In this document: positions 13,448-26,373 of the stretch, in pieces
How the letters are laid out: every line of letters begins with the position of its first letter
Numbering within the stretch: the first letter of the stretch is position 1
NCBI GenBank assembly: GCA_964188305.1
Contig: OZ076895.1
DNA length: 64,000 nucleotides
Source of the DNA: Podarcis bocagei
Taxonomy: Eukaryota
Direction: 5' to 3' (one strand)
Made by a program: the position numbers and the translations under genes
Notes under the pieces: model-generated
What the model saw: only the letters and a program-made list of their open reading frames with translations
The model's database searches: none
Told to the model about the DNA's origin: nothing

Positions 13448-13660
13448 CTGAATTAAAAAACAACACAAAACAGTTTCTCTAGTAAAAGCTTGTTATTTTT
13501 AAATCCTCAGAAGAGCTACACATACATACTGTAGATGACCAATCTCTTGAGATAATTTTTCAGTCTGACCACATGTATGCCAACTTGTGTTCCAAGATGA
13601 AAGAAAAGCAGGATATACATACAATAAAATAAAAATAAATGAACATTAATTATCACTTAC

Positions 13661-13765
13661 CACATCGGTACTGAGGACAGCATGACAAAGGATCGTATAC
13701 CACTACCAACTTCTCAACACTTCTGCAAGTTGGAGTAAGAGGATCACATAGAGTCATGTTGCATT
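13661..13765 (-). CDS. OTOGL: OTOGL exon w35: ECNMTLCDPLTPTC...CCPQYRC
   Basis: cag/gtaagt, 105 nt, phase 1-1. Confidence 0.92.
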
Positions 13766-14157
13766 CTGAATATAAAAATAAAAAGACTGGCCCATTCAGT
13801 ATAGTGCTATCAAACGTTAACATGTCTCATGAAGATGACATCTATTCATAACTTCAAGGCTATTTATTAAATCTACTATTTACCAGAAGATGCAAATACT
13901 GAAGCAACTTTTCACTTCCTACAAGGAAGTATGTTCCAAATAAAAAAAAATGATCCTACAATTAGTCATGCTTAATATTATAATACCTTGGTTTATTATT
14001 TACTAGGATATGGGTCAATTGTTTTAAATACAGAAGAGTTTTTTCTCAAAGGCAGGATAGAAAAAAATAATAATGTCTTATTTGCACAAAATCAAAGGTG
14101 AACAAAGTATGTCAATGTCCAAATCTGTTTTTCTTCATTTGTTGAGGAAGACTTAAG

Positions 14158-14732
14158 TGTCAGCAGCCAGAGATGAGTGTAGGTCAGCAATTAAAAAACA
14201 CGGTGTTAGTGAAGTTAACTCTTTCTTCAAAGAAGCTAAAACAGGGCAGGCCTAGTGATCCCAGTAGGTCTTGCCCTGAAGAGGCAGCTGCAAGGACTGA
14301 AGGTTCCACTGTTCTCCAAGACTCCTCCAGTGTGTTTCCGAAGCTGTCGCAGAGTGTGTCTGCACACAACCAATCTCTGCTCTGCTCTTTTCATTTCTCT
14401 CTGTGTTCTGGGAGACCAGGAAGAAGGGGAGCTGGTCACAGCAGCAGGAGGAGACCCCCTGGATTCTTCAGCAGACTCTCTCATCTCTACCTCTTGCCTA
14501 CCATTTTTTCCAGCCTCCACTTCAGCATCGGATTCTGCACTGCTCTCTGCCCCAGCCTCTCCCTGCTCACTAAACCCTGTTGCCTCTTCAGCTTCCAACA
14601 CCTCCCCCTCCCAGTCTTCTCCCTCTAACTGCTCGTCGTTGTCCTGTCACCAGTCCTCTGGCTCTGAGCCCTCTTCCCCTGGGGGTTCCTCAGTTAGTGC
14701 CTCCCACCACCCCTCTGCATGCAGCCATGATA
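14158..14732 (-). mobile_element. Probable degenerate solo LTR
   Basis: Minus strand ends ...CTGACA; purine-rich body resembles 25568-26059; no clean TSD. Confidence 0.55.
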
Positions 14733-15237
14733 GTGCAGCTATATGATCATTCATAATGAAATGGAAACAGAGAAGTCAGAGTTTAAAGTGGAGAATCATG
14801 AAGATGCTAAGAAGAGTGCTATAATTTTTTTGCACTTCTGTACACATCTGAGCAAGCCTTTTGGATAGCCTAATTATGCTCCTTAATTGTGGAGTAGCAT
14901 GTAAACCACAGTCCCATCTCCCACATTCCTATGACGATGTGTAACCAGATAGGTGTTTGATTCTAGAGACCCACCACCACCAGTTCCTCAACTGAATGGT
15001 GATGGGACATTTCCATCACAACTCAGAGGGGAGCCTTTTTATAGCTTATAGCAGGGATCAGAACCATATTTGATATATGTTCGTTTGTTTTTCTCTCCAA
15101 AACTTCAGCACTGGCTTCAGAACTATCCATGAGGAATTATTAATTTTCTCTAACAGTAAGCAATTTGACAAATTTTATTAGCACGCAGATCAATTCCTTT
15201 CAGCATAATAATACAGCACCTCATAAACATTACCTAC

Positions 15238-15450
15238 CACAGACTTTCTTTGGACAGCAAGCCCCTTCCTCGATCACATTAATAATCACTTCACCCTCTC
15301 GCCGGCATATCGGAGGCACCTCTTTATTGCATTCAGGCTCTACGCCAATAATGCTCCCATTCTCCACACACATATACATGCAGCACCCTTTCTTGGAGCC
15401 ATTCCAAACTTCTCCAGCTGAACGGGGATGCCCTGCATTGTCAGTACATG
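15238..15450 (-). CDS. OTOGL: OTOGL exon w34 (VWC-like): ACTDNAGHPRSAGEVWNG...CCPKKVC
   Basis: tag/gtaggt, 213 nt. Confidence 0.93.
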
Positions 15451-16185
15451 CTATAAATGAAAAGAGAGCATAACATCCTTCAGAAAGACAGGAAATATGA
15501 ACCATATCCAATTAGAAATCAGGAAATTAGTACAAATAAAACTTCTAATTAAGGGGCTTACATTTCTTCCTGGAACATATTTGTAGACTATCATTTAAAA
15601 AACTGTGCAACTTAAAAGAATTTTTAGTTACTCAATATCTATGACCAAAATAGAATTATCTGCTTTCCTGACTAGCAACTTATGCACATCAGAGTTCATG
15701 GCTCTGCACAAATTACCCATTTACTTCACCATGGTCCAGTTAAAGGAGCTGATGTGATTTTATGAACCATTGTGAAAATGAAGACTTGCCTTACTGGGTC
15801 AATTTGAGTTCCATCTAACCCACCATACTATTTCCAGCAGCTGACAGCTAAATGACTCTTCAAGCTTACAAAACAGGCCATGAAAATTTTAAAACAAACA
15901 CAGACTGCAATCCTATGGATTGTTACTCAGAAATTCACTTCTGAATCAACATGCATAGGATAAACAGTGGCAGTGATTTTGCAGCCTGTAGATGGAGCAC
16001 AGTTTTTCAAGCTGCACTCATTTGGGAATAGAAAAAGCTGGAGGTATTCTGGGCTGTCTATTAATTTCAAGCTCTTTGAATAAATAAACGACAAAGATAA
16101 AAACCATGTCTCTGCCCCACCAGAAACCAAGCACGCTTGGGCCTAGTGTGGGTAAATGTGCTTACATAGCTATAGGTTTACTCAC

Positions 16186-16371
16186 CACATTTTTCTTCTG
16201 GAATGCAGAGATCAGAGTCTGTTCTGTGAAGAATGGTTCCATTTTTACAAACACAGTCTTCTCTTAAGTAGGAACAGGGTGATTCTTCATAGAACCATTT
16301 ATTTAGGCATGTTTTAGCAGCACACGGTTGCACACAAGGCTGGTACTCTTTCCCATCAGGACAACGGAGAG
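16186..16371 (-). CDS. OTOGL: OTOGL exon w33 (TIL): SLRCPDGKEYQPC...IPEEKC
   Basis: tag/gtgagt, 186 nt. Confidence 0.93.
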
Positions 16372-16476
16372 CTACATGTCAGACACACAGAGGGAAATCA
16401 ACACTGCTGACATTTTCTTCTCCTAATTGAAGCAGCTGAGGTAGCAGGGAGAGAGAAGCAGAAGTACTATACTTAC

Positions 16477-16618
16477 AACAGTAATCTGGTGTTCTCCACT
16501 TAATGCAGATATTATGTTTGTTGCACAGCGCTACATATGCAGAAAGAGCATCACATTCATAATTCCAAAAATATGTATTGTTGATCCACATTTTTTCGCA
16601 AAAGTCTTGGGGTGAAAC
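16477..16618 (-). CDS. OTOGL: OTOGL exon w32 (C8): VSPQDFCEKMWINNTYF...RTPDYC
   Basis: tag/gtaagt, 142 nt. Confidence 0.94.
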
Positions 16619-17162
16619 CTACATTAAAATACATTATATAGTGACTGATCAATTAACACTCATTAATTGATGAATAAATTTCTTTTATCTTCACTAGGAA
16701 CAAAAAACAAGAGAGAGAGAGAGAATGAATAATGTCATTTTAAATAGTAAAGACAAAAAAAGAACTCTCAAATTCACAGTTGTTCAATACCTTCATGGAG
16801 ATGCACCAGAATATCAGAGATGTGTGGCAATTATTTGAGTTCTCAGATTCCTTGATGTTCAACCTGATACCTGCAGCAACTGTGAGACACTTATTCAGCC
16901 TGCAATCTCCATCTTGGAACTGTCCACTCACAATACATTAGATGAGCACTTCTCTTAGTAAGCACTGGTAAGCAATTATCTTACAAAGAAAGTTAATCCT
17001 CTTCCTCCCCTCACGATTTCTAGAACAGTGCCCTCAGGTGATGAAACCATTAAAACCATTTCATAGGTATTCAAATTTAATTTATATGCTTTATATTAGC
17101 GTGCCCTGAATTGCTTGATATGATCGTCTAGAGACAGAGCTCACTCCTTTGTATATACTTAC

Positions 17163-17377
17163 TTTTTTGTGGCATGGGGCAAAAGCCCATCTATGTAAGA
17201 GTTCCATGCAGTATGTACAGTTATCTTCTGTACAGTTTCTTACAGGTCTCCTTGTTGTTAGATCAACGGATTTCTCAATTTCCCAACTCTTAATAAAAGC
17301 CTCAATTTCATCCACATTTGTAATTATGGTTCTATTTTGCATTTTCAGGTCATCCCCTGGATCGCCATTGCAGACAC
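17163..17377 (-). CDS. OTOGL: OTOGL exon w31: GVCNGDPGDDLKMQNR...APCHKK
   Basis: aag/gtaagt, 215 nt. Confidence 0.93.
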
Positions 17378-18019
17378 CTTAACAAATGAGCATAGAACAT
17401 TTAATATGTTAGACAGTAAATTAAAAGGTTTGATTTATTCTGCAATAGGGAAAGAGCAATAGGGAAAGAGCTCAGAGCAGGCAGAAAAGCTAATCTCGAT
17501 GTGTGGAATGATACAATCTAGTATAAATTTCCTTCACCATTAATGTAAATAGGCCCTGTTATGATCCAGTCATCTTCCGGTAGAGAGATACAAATAAGTC
17601 CTTTACTAACTACAGGCGACGACTATGTTGTGCAGGGGTTCTGTTCCCAACCCCAATGGACCCCGCTCCACCCTCATACCACCCCCGTTCTTCCCTCTTC
17701 CAGGTCCAAAAGGAGCCATATGTTGGCGATTGTGCATCATTTGGACCTGCCTAAAATGGTCGCCACCTGTACTCTTCTTCTATGTTAACACAATCATTGG
17801 AAGTTGCTGCTGAACAAGACACAAGCTTTACCAGCAATACCAGTATCTGGGGTGGTGAGGTGAGTGAGAGAGACAGAGAGGCAGACATCAGATCATGGAT
17901 AAGACTTTTGGTTTTGGTTGGCAGGACACTGGATAGCAAGCATACTCAGTTAATTTTTTTTAAGAAATAAAACAGCTGTGGATCAAAATGAAGATATTGA
18001 TCAGAAACCATGTTCTCAC

Positions 18020-18209
18020 CACAAAGGCCTTCAGTCTTGGTAGATGTATTAGAATGAAAGCCATACTGGATATCTATAATGCCTGTGACATGAGCCCACT
18101 TAATGTTGATGCCAGCTGGCGTGTTGACTACATACATAGCACCAGTATCTTGAATACATAAACCATGTTTTGAGAAAGGCAAAGGCTGAATCATAGAATC
18201 CACGACCAC
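18020..18209 (-). CDS. OTOGL: OTOGL exon w30: VVVDSMIQPLPFS...TEGLC
   Basis: tag/gtgaga, 190 nt. Confidence 0.93.
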
Positions 18210-18610
18210 CTAAAAATAAAGAAATTGAAAAAATTGCAGGATAACTGTATCTAGGTGAAACACCTTCATCTGCCTCAGCCTCATTGCTGCTTCTTTGTAA
18301 ATAAATAGACATGGCCAATCAAAGCACATTTTTAATCACTTTCTACCATTTAGTTTGCCCCCTTGAGGCCGGGCTAGGAAAATAAATTATTTGTCAAGGA
18401 GATCTGGTCTCAAATCTCCCACATGATATCTAATTTGACCCTCCAAAGGCCAACCAATGGGGCAGTCTTAGGAGATATGACTTGCTTGTCATAATCCCAA
18501 ATATCTAAATGCATGTTTGCAATTCTGGAAAAGGTTTTCCTATTTCTTTTACTTATCCACAATAGATTTCTAATAGTATTAGTCTTCACTGACTATTCCT
18601 CTTAACTCAC

Positions 18611-18703
18611 CTTTCTTTCTAAACGATTGATAAGTACAATATGTGAAGATGTTGTTACGTTAAGTTTCTTAAAACAAAGACCCGAAGCACTTCCAGGTGG
18701 AAC
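18611..18703 (-). CDS. OTOGL: OTOGL exon w29: VPPGSASGLCFKKLNVTT...RLERK
   Basis: aag/gtgagt, 93 nt. Confidence 0.91.
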
Positions 18704-18803
18704 CTTGAAAGAAAACAAACACAGAGAACGATATGGCACCATCAGCACTAATTGTAGTGTTCGCTTACAGATATATTAAAATCATATTTAGAAAAATACT
18801 CAC

Positions 18804-18827
18804 TAGTCTTCTTATTGAATTGGCACT
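18804..18827 (-). CDS. OTOGL: OTOGL microexon w28: SANSIRRL
   Basis: tttttttcag/gtgagt, 24 nt, phase 0-0. Confidence 0.85.
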
Positions 18828-19142
18828 CTGAAAAAAAGGTATAAACATGGGTTAGAATCACAGTTACATAAAGCAGTACAATTACAGCATTACGTAAGAT
18901 CCATATTTCTAATACTACAGTTCTGCTAATTGGTCAATGAATAATCCATCCAGAATCCCTCACACAAGGATTGCACATTATCAGATTATAATACGTAATA
19001 GAAAGAATGATCTCATTCATTTCTTACTAGAGATAATATTGATTTGCAAATTTCCTTTTAAAAGCACTATAAACAATTTTTTGTTGGTGGTGGAGGGGGA
19101 GTAACCCTTTTAATACTGCATAGTAGTACACAAGGTTCCTAC

Positions 19143-19285
19143 CTGATTTGTAGGGCACCTTTCAATATGAGCAACAATAATTTCTGTGGGTAGCTTGACT
19201 AAGATATAGGATGCTACTTTATACAATGCCACGTTATTTCCATCAAATGTAATAATGCTCAGTTCAGACAGGATAGAACATTGAC
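19143..19285 (-). CDS. OTOGL: OTOGL exon w27 (VWD4 start): CQCSILSELSIITFDGNN...CPTNQ
   Basis: tag/gtagga, 143 nt. Confidence 0.92.
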
Positions 19286-19327
19286 CTAGGAAAAAAGTGA
19301 CATCTAATAACCAGCAATTCAGAGATT

Positions 19328-19328
19328 T

Positions 19329-19392
<64 letters not shown>

Positions 19393-19393
19393 C
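19328..19393. repeat. Compound (AAT)n(AAC)n microsatellite
   Basis: Direct reading. Confidence 0.95.
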
Positions 19394-19692
19394 GAAGGAC
19401 TTATTTTGCTAGGTTACTTCACATACTGAAATGCACAGAAAGTTCACTGAATAGAAAAATACTATTAAAAAAATGACAACTGTTCAGCAGTACAATCCTT
19501 ATTACTCTGAAGTTAAACTGTGATGGTTACATTCAAGGAAGCTTGGATAGGATTTCCTGACATCCTTACATCATTTCCTAGGACTGCTTCATATATTATT
19601 AAGTCAATAGGCACATTCCTATGCAGCAGTAGAGTATATTCTAAGAAGCATGTTACTTTTTCTTCACTGTATGTCAGGGATTTAGAACTTAC

Positions 19693-19870
19693 AAGGACAT
19701 TCCCATTCTGGACAGCAGCTGTCACTGTTTACTTGGACTGGCATCCCATGAAAACCACAGTCAGGCTTCTCCACAGTCTTATGGCAGTTCTTTGAGAGGT
19801 TGTACAGCATCCATCCCATATTAATGCACACGTACTGACTACATCTGTCTACTGGATCAAGATACCTTGG
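19693..19870 (-). CDS. OTOGL: OTOGL exon w26: PRYLDPVDRCSQYVC...CCPEWECP
   Basis: cag/gtaagt, 178 nt. Confidence 0.93.
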
Positions 19871-20129
19871 CTGTTTTATAATGGGGGGAGAATTGGGAGA
19901 CATTAGCACCAGTCTTGATTTTATTCCATGAACCAAGATGCCCCTTCACCATACAAAAAAGGAAAGATAAACTCTAGAGAGTATGTCTGCATATTATGAC
20001 GATAAAGATATTGTCTCTGAAGCAGCTTTGAAGAACAAAAAGAAATAATGTACAAATCAAAATAATAAATGGTCTAATAAAATTTTAGAATGTTAAGTAA
20101 ATTAAATAAGTAGGTAAAAATGTCCTCAC

Positions 20130-22705
20130 CGTGCATTCTGCGGATGTCGCAGATATTAATGTATGTATCATTGTGCCAAAGGAAGCATATTCTGCACCAT
20201 CTGTAGTCACCATCTCCATTTCAGCCTTTGAAGTGTGGGCCCCTAATTGCTCTGCAGTTAAGTGAGTTGAATCTGCTATTGTGACATTCTGCAAGCTGGT
20301 TGTTCTCATTTCCTCGGGTTCAGCCACACTATAGTAAGGCCTAATTGATTTTGGTGGTGGAGCTCTAGACCAATCGGATAATGTTACATCTATCAGATCG
20401 TCTGAGAGAGAGACTGGTTTCACCGAAGCCCTTCTGTTTTCACTGATAGCCAGAGTCATCTGAGTGGGAAGCAGCGAAGATTCCTCAGTGCTTGTGTACT
20501 TAGTGACTTTTTCTTGTATTTCTGAGGTCTGGTTACTTTCTGAGGCATAAGCGGTCACATTTCGAAGTTCTGTAGCATGTGTCACTCCCAGCTCTATCCA
20601 ACCTGAGGTAGTCCCTTCATCCATTTTAATGGGTATAGTTCTGAAGGCTTCTGTGGAAGGTTTGGGTGTAAACAAAGTAAAGTTTGGAGTATGTGTAAGT
20701 GTTTGGGAGGTAGTAGGAATTGGGAATGACGTAGTAGCAGTGTGGTGTTCAAAACCAATAGGATAGAGTTCAGTGACTAGAGCAGTTTTGCTAGGAACTA
20801 TCGTGCCTGTAGAGGAAGGTAGTAAACTTACTGGTGGGCTAAGGGTATACTTTTCAGTGACATTTGTTGGGGTTGAGGTCATATTCCCAAGAGCACCCAT
20901 GGTAAATGCTGGCTCTGAAGACTGAGTACTGATTGCACTGGGTAATGAAGATAACGTTCTACCATCCACTGAAGAGGAACTCCTTGTTCCTAAAAATAGC
21001 ATGGGCATATCAGAGGCCTCCAGAGGAGGCAAAGATGAAGCATTTATTGTGGAAATAGTTGGACTTAAAGTTGACAAAGCTGAAGGAGAAGCTGCAGGGT
21101 AAGAACCCGGGCTTGTTGAGGTAGGATGTTCACCAACTGGCATTTGTATGAGAGTGCGAGCTGGCATCACAGCAGAAGTTATGCCAGTTGTGGGAATCAC
21201 CGATGAGCTTTCAGAATAAGAGGCTGAGACAGAAGAAGTTTTTGGTAACACTGTAAGTAATGTGGACGAACTTGTGAAAGCAGATAGATGTCCTGGAATC
21301 ACTGCAGAAGTGGTGAAACTACTCACACTTCTAAGAGTAGAATCAGTTTTTAATCCTGTGTGTGGTCCAACTGAATGCATACTTGTTTTCGGAGTCATTT
21401 GTGTTGTGTCATATAAAATACTCGTAGGTAACAAAGGGGTTCTACTTGGCAAAGCTCTGGTGCCAGCAAACTCTAATGAACTTACAGAAACAGTTGGCAC
21501 TGGAGATGAACCAATGTGCAATGCATGCTTGCTTTCTGTTGAAACTGTTTTTGTTTCAAGGGACTGGGAGGTCTGAGGAACGTCTGGAAGCGAAGCAGTG
21601 GAATGTCCTATATGAAAGCTCTTTGAGATAATTGTAACTTCCCCAGTTGCTTTGGACATTTGAGACGTAACTGGAGGAGACATCAGCGTAGACATTGCCT
21701 GTGTCACTTGGGGACTCAATGAAGACCGCATGGTTGTAGGGCTTGGTGAAGCAGCTGAGGATGGTGTTGTAGTAGAAAAATGCTTTGTGGTTAAGGGAAC
21801 AGTGTGTTCAGAAGGTGTTATAAGTGCTTCTGGTGATGATGGAGATGTAGGCAGCAGCACTTCTGAGTCAGGTCGAGTTGTCATTGAGCCTGAAACTGGT
21901 ATGCTATAAGGAGGACTTGAAGAAAAGGCAGCTAATCTAGATGCCGATAAGGGAATTTGAGTTGTTGTAAGCACAGGCAAATGAGTCAAACGAATAGTTG
22001 GCTCGGACATAGTAGACCTAGTTCTTGAAGTCACAGTAAGCATTTCTGTTAATGGTGAACCTGAAAACAGACTTGAACGAGATGTTCTTTCAGTTGATAA
22101 AGATGGCTGTGGTGTTCCTGCTACCAAAACCTCAGACTTGATTGTGGAAGGACCTCCACTCACTAAGATGCTTGTAGGTGTTTTAGCAGAGGCAAATTCT
22201 TGTCCAGCAGGTAATGCAGCAGATCTCAATGGTATAGGTGATGTGGATATTAAAGGAAATGCAGACAGTGATGGTTCAGCTGTTGTTGCAGTGAGCGATG
22301 ATATAAAAGATATAGGATTTGTGGTGTAGGGTGTCACCTTTGCTGTAACTGCTGTGGCTTCTTTAGTGGTTGGGAGAGCTGTTGGGGATATAGGTGCAAG
22401 TAGCACAGAGGGTGTTGTAGTGATGTAGCTACCTTCAGAAGAGTGCTCTGGAACTGATAACAGTGTTGCAGAATGAAGATCTGTAACTATTTTCTCTGTA
22501 GTTTGTCCTCCAAATGTCCCCACTCTCTCAGTTGCCATTTGGGTAGTTAGATTAATATATGTTATCTTAACCGCTTCAGTGACAAGCACAGGGGGCATAT
22601 GAGGAAATGTTTGTGCCGTGTCCACTGTATGGGGGCTTAAAACGGTGGGCCTTGTTCTCAGTGGCTTTGCTGTTGTTGAAGCTTCTGTGGCTTTCACAGG
22701 TATGC
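20130..22705 (-). CDS. OTOGL: OTOGL giant exon w25: ~858-aa mucin-like Pro/Thr/Ser-rich domain (CIPVKATEAST...ATSAECT)
   Basis: Lies inside ORF 20085-22769. ttttacag acceptor, gtgagg donor; phase 1-0 joins both neighbouring exons exactly. Confidence 0.88.
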
Positions 22706-22979
22706 CTGTAAAAAGAGTATGCTTCAGTATTATTCCATAGTAATGAAAGGGAAGGGAAGCAGGAAGCAATCTAGATTCAGGCTCTCCAGCTTCTTAGTAA
22801 GGTGGAAGATAGAAAGTCAGACTCTTCCTAGGCCTGAACGAGCAGCAATAGTAGATTTTACTGCTTTGCTTAATAAAATTATTGTACAAGAAGCAATGAG
22901 GTCTATTTAAAGAGTTGCATCCCACAGTTTTGTTCGAGAACAAAGCATTTCATAATTTTTTTTAGAAAATATGCAGCCA

Positions 22980-22981
<2 letters not shown>

Positions 22982-23018
<37 letters not shown>
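22982..23018. repeat. (AC)n microsatellite
   Basis: Direct reading. Confidence 0.95.
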
Positions 23019-23021
<3 letters not shown>

Positions 23022-23722
23022 AGCTTTTCTTTTACTTATTCACATATAAGAGGTGATCTTTCACTTCTACAATTAATAGTCCAAAGAAATCCCAGTCAGT
23101 TTAGTGGGTCCTGCTCCTGAGGCAACGCTGCATAGGATTGCTTCTCCAGAAATATATTAATAAAAACAAGTGGGGCCTGCAATAAAATGTAACCAGGATG
23201 GTGCCGTGCTCATGTTCATTATTCCAGCCAAACATCCATGCCTATTCCATCCCCCACCTTCCAAAAGACAGTCAGCAGTCCATGTCTACTCAGCACACTT
23301 AGTCTGCATTGAGCTGTTTGAGGATTTTTGCCTCCATAGGGTTCCCCCATCACCACAAAGATGTTCGTGGGGCTTATGCAAAATTTTCCCAAGTTTCCCC
23401 TAGTGGACTGAACCCTCCCTCCTGTTCATGGACAAGCCATTTTGGCTACATGAGAAGCAACACTCAGAAAACTGAGTATGCTATTGGTATATTTGCTTAT
23501 TTTAAACTTTCAGATATATATCAGTAAAAATGTATTTTTCATAGGCTGCACTAAGTGACTTATACCTTTAAATTTACTGTAGTATAATATAACACCTTTA
23601 AAGTTATTGATGCAAAGACTAACTTTATATCAAAATAGCTTGTATGTTGGATTATATTGGTGATAAATATTACATACTACAGTATTCTAACAATCTACTC
23701 AAAAGATATAGGAGACACTTAC

Positions 23723-23802
23723 AGTCTTCTGGATAAACACATTTAAGTGTGACTTCATCAAGAATCATATCTTTGGGACAGTATGGTAAGCATCCTTCAA
23801 CC
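23723..23802 (-). CDS. OTOGL: OTOGL exon w24: [26 protein letters not shown]
   Basis: tag/gtaagt, 80 nt. Confidence 0.93.
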
Positions 23803-24266
23803 CTAAAAGGTTCAAGGAAAACAACAACAACACAATAATTCTTTTGTAGTCATTTCAAAAAGGCAAGAAGCTTAAAGTTTGAACGGGTGCTCCATATAAT
23901 ACATATTGCATGAATCAAAATGAAAATGGTTGAAAACTAGTCTCTGTTTCAATACTTGAATTCTATACTTCAGCTCTGAACAAGGCATCCTTTGCTGATG
24001 ACAATGGAAGATATTGTCTGAAAATTTCTAGGAACTTCAAAAAACACACTGGTGGAAAACATAAGCAAGTTTCTAATGTAAGCAGAACTCAAGTCCTCTT
24101 CAAATGTTACTTAATTCCCAAGGATGCTACTCAGAAAGATATATTTTTCTGAATACGGAACTTAATGAGCCGTAATTGGTCAAACAGGCAAATGTGGCAA
24201 CACGGTAGAAAATAATATCCCAAGATTAGTATGTTAATTATTACATGAAATATTAATTATACTCAC

Positions 24267-24384
24267 GGTGGAAGAAATTTACATGCTACTCCTTCAGGGT
24301 CACTGCATGTTTTAACACAAGGACTTGTACAAGGTTCATATCTCCATTCACACATCCTCCTATAAGGTACTGCTGTATGGAGTT
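24267..24384 (-). CDS. OTOGL: OTOGL exon w23: ELHTAVPYRRMCEWRYEPC...CKFLP
   Basis: cag/gtgagt, 118 nt. Confidence 0.93.
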
Positions 24385-25567
24385 CTGAGAAACAACAAAA
24401 GCATCAGATTGGGCACATGGGTGTAAACATTAACTATATCTGAACACCCACAAGGAAACTGAAGGTGGAGTCCACTCTATGGAGGACAAGGGAGTACATA
24501 TTCCCAGTGACACCACCCTCTTTGTACGTGTTGGTTTTCTTCTTCTTCTGGAGACAGATTGTGTCTACACTGAGTGATACAACAGAAACAGATGACTGTT
24601 ATAATATTAATATCTGCCTGTTTCTATTGCATATCATTTGAGACAGTTTTTTCTTCTCCTTCACCATTTGAACACTGAAGAAACATGTGTCACAGGAAAG
24701 TTGGGTCAAGGGAGTAAGACAGAGGAAGGGAGGCAAAGGCTGGGCATTCAACAACAAATTGCCCTGTGAGACGGATCCCAATGAATTGTTAAATTTTTAA
24801 TACAGTGATGCTAGTTATGTATTTTTGTTACTTGTAAGTCACCTTGGAAGGATTTGTGACTTGAAAGGTGGGATACAAATAAGAGGAAAAATTAGGATCA
24901 CTGCTGAGTATTTCCATACAATAGGTGCAGTAGAATATCTATCTAATCTATAAATTGTCTTTCCAGCTTAATAACCCTTAAGATAATATATGTGAAAATC
25001 ATGACAACACTAATTAAAAGTAGAACATAAAACAACAGCACGAAAGCAGAGGTAGTAGCACAAAAGAGGCAGCATAAAATCAATGCAGACACAAAGACCA
25101 GCAAATGCCTGGGGGAAAATCTGAAATCTTGACACCAGTTGTGTATAAATGAAGGCTGTCTGGAGATCTCTTTGCATGGAACAAGTTCATCCTAATTCTT
25201 AAGCTGGTAACAGCAAAATGAGGATACTTTAGGGTTTCTTTCAGGGTGACCTGATTCATGGACCCCTGTGTAGAGTTATGGTTCAGTTTTCACACATGTC
25301 TGAATTTTGCAATACAATTGCAATTCTCAGCTCAATACAATTCTCAGCTCAGCAAAATCTACCAAAAGGTGTTTAAAAAATAAAGTGGTTGTCGTGCTTT
25401 CTTAACAAGCTAAAATCACAGATATGGAAGCACAATGGAATGGGCTTGCAAATGAAAACATAAAAACTGAGGCTGGCCGCAGATTGACTGATTTGTCCAT
25501 TCTGAAGTTACAATGTAACTGCTGCTATTATAAATCTTGAAAATGATATATCCGCAGCATTCCACAC

Positions 25568-26059
25568 TGTCAGGGACTGGACAGAGGAAGAATGGTGGAG
25601 ACTGCCTCCCCAGTCTGAACTTTCCAGAGAACAGGAAGACAGTATAGATTTACAACAGTAGTTTGATGAGGTCACAGCTCAGAGGTAGATGAGGGGCAAA
25701 GTTGGGAAATAATGGGAGAAGAGGAGGGGGAGGCAGAGCCCGAGCAGCTGGCTGACACGCTATCACTAGAAAGCATTCCAGATCCCCATTCTCCCAGAAC
25801 CCGGCAAGCATTGAAAGTAGGAGAGCAAAGGGCTCAGAGACAAATGGCCCTAAGCAGCCACCATAAGGAGGGTGGTGCTGTTGACGATTGAGGAGAGAAG
25901 AGAGGTGGAGATTACTCAGAGCAACATCATTACTCCAAAAGGCAGCATTCCTAAGCCTCTCTCTGTGAATATTCAATAAAATACATTGGTAAGAGCCTTC
26001 CTTGTCTATCTATTCCTGGCAGCCTACCATGGGGGGATCGGATTCCCTGACGCCTGACA
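25568..26059 (+). mobile_element. Solo LTR of an LTR retrotransposon (492 bp)
   Basis: TGTCAGG...CCTGACA termini, 5-bp TSD CACAC, AATAAA near 25975. Confidence 0.85.
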
Positions 26060-26094
26060 CACACACATTGCTCCCAGGAACATGTACCACTCAC

Positions 26095-26373
26095 CCTCTA
26101 TGTTGAAACTGCTTGAACGTTTGAATTCTTCAGAATCATCAAACTTTGATACTTTCACAGAAGATGCTCTGAGTATGATAAAGAAACCTTTCTTGCTATG
26201 TAGTTCGAATGCACTGTAGCCTGGGATCCAAAGGCCTTGATGATGGAAAAAAGTTGCTCTTCTACGAAACAAGGAACTTGCCTCCCACTGTTCTAAGGAT
26301 ATGCTTTCATCATCATGGACATATAGAAAGTAGTTTGGCCTTTCAGCAGACTCAAGAGAAACCAGAGATGGAG
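26095..26373 (-). CDS. OTOGL: OTOGL exon w22 (AbfB-like beta-trefoil): SPSLVSLESAERPNYFL...SSFNIE
   Basis: cag/gtgagt, 279 nt; VSLES..PNYFL and ATF...GL motifs. Confidence 0.93.

Noticed and set aside
20085-22769. 894-aa ORF as a standalone intronless gene
   Set aside because: Both ends of the ORF are intron read-through; internal splice sites join the neighbouring OTOGL exons in frame.
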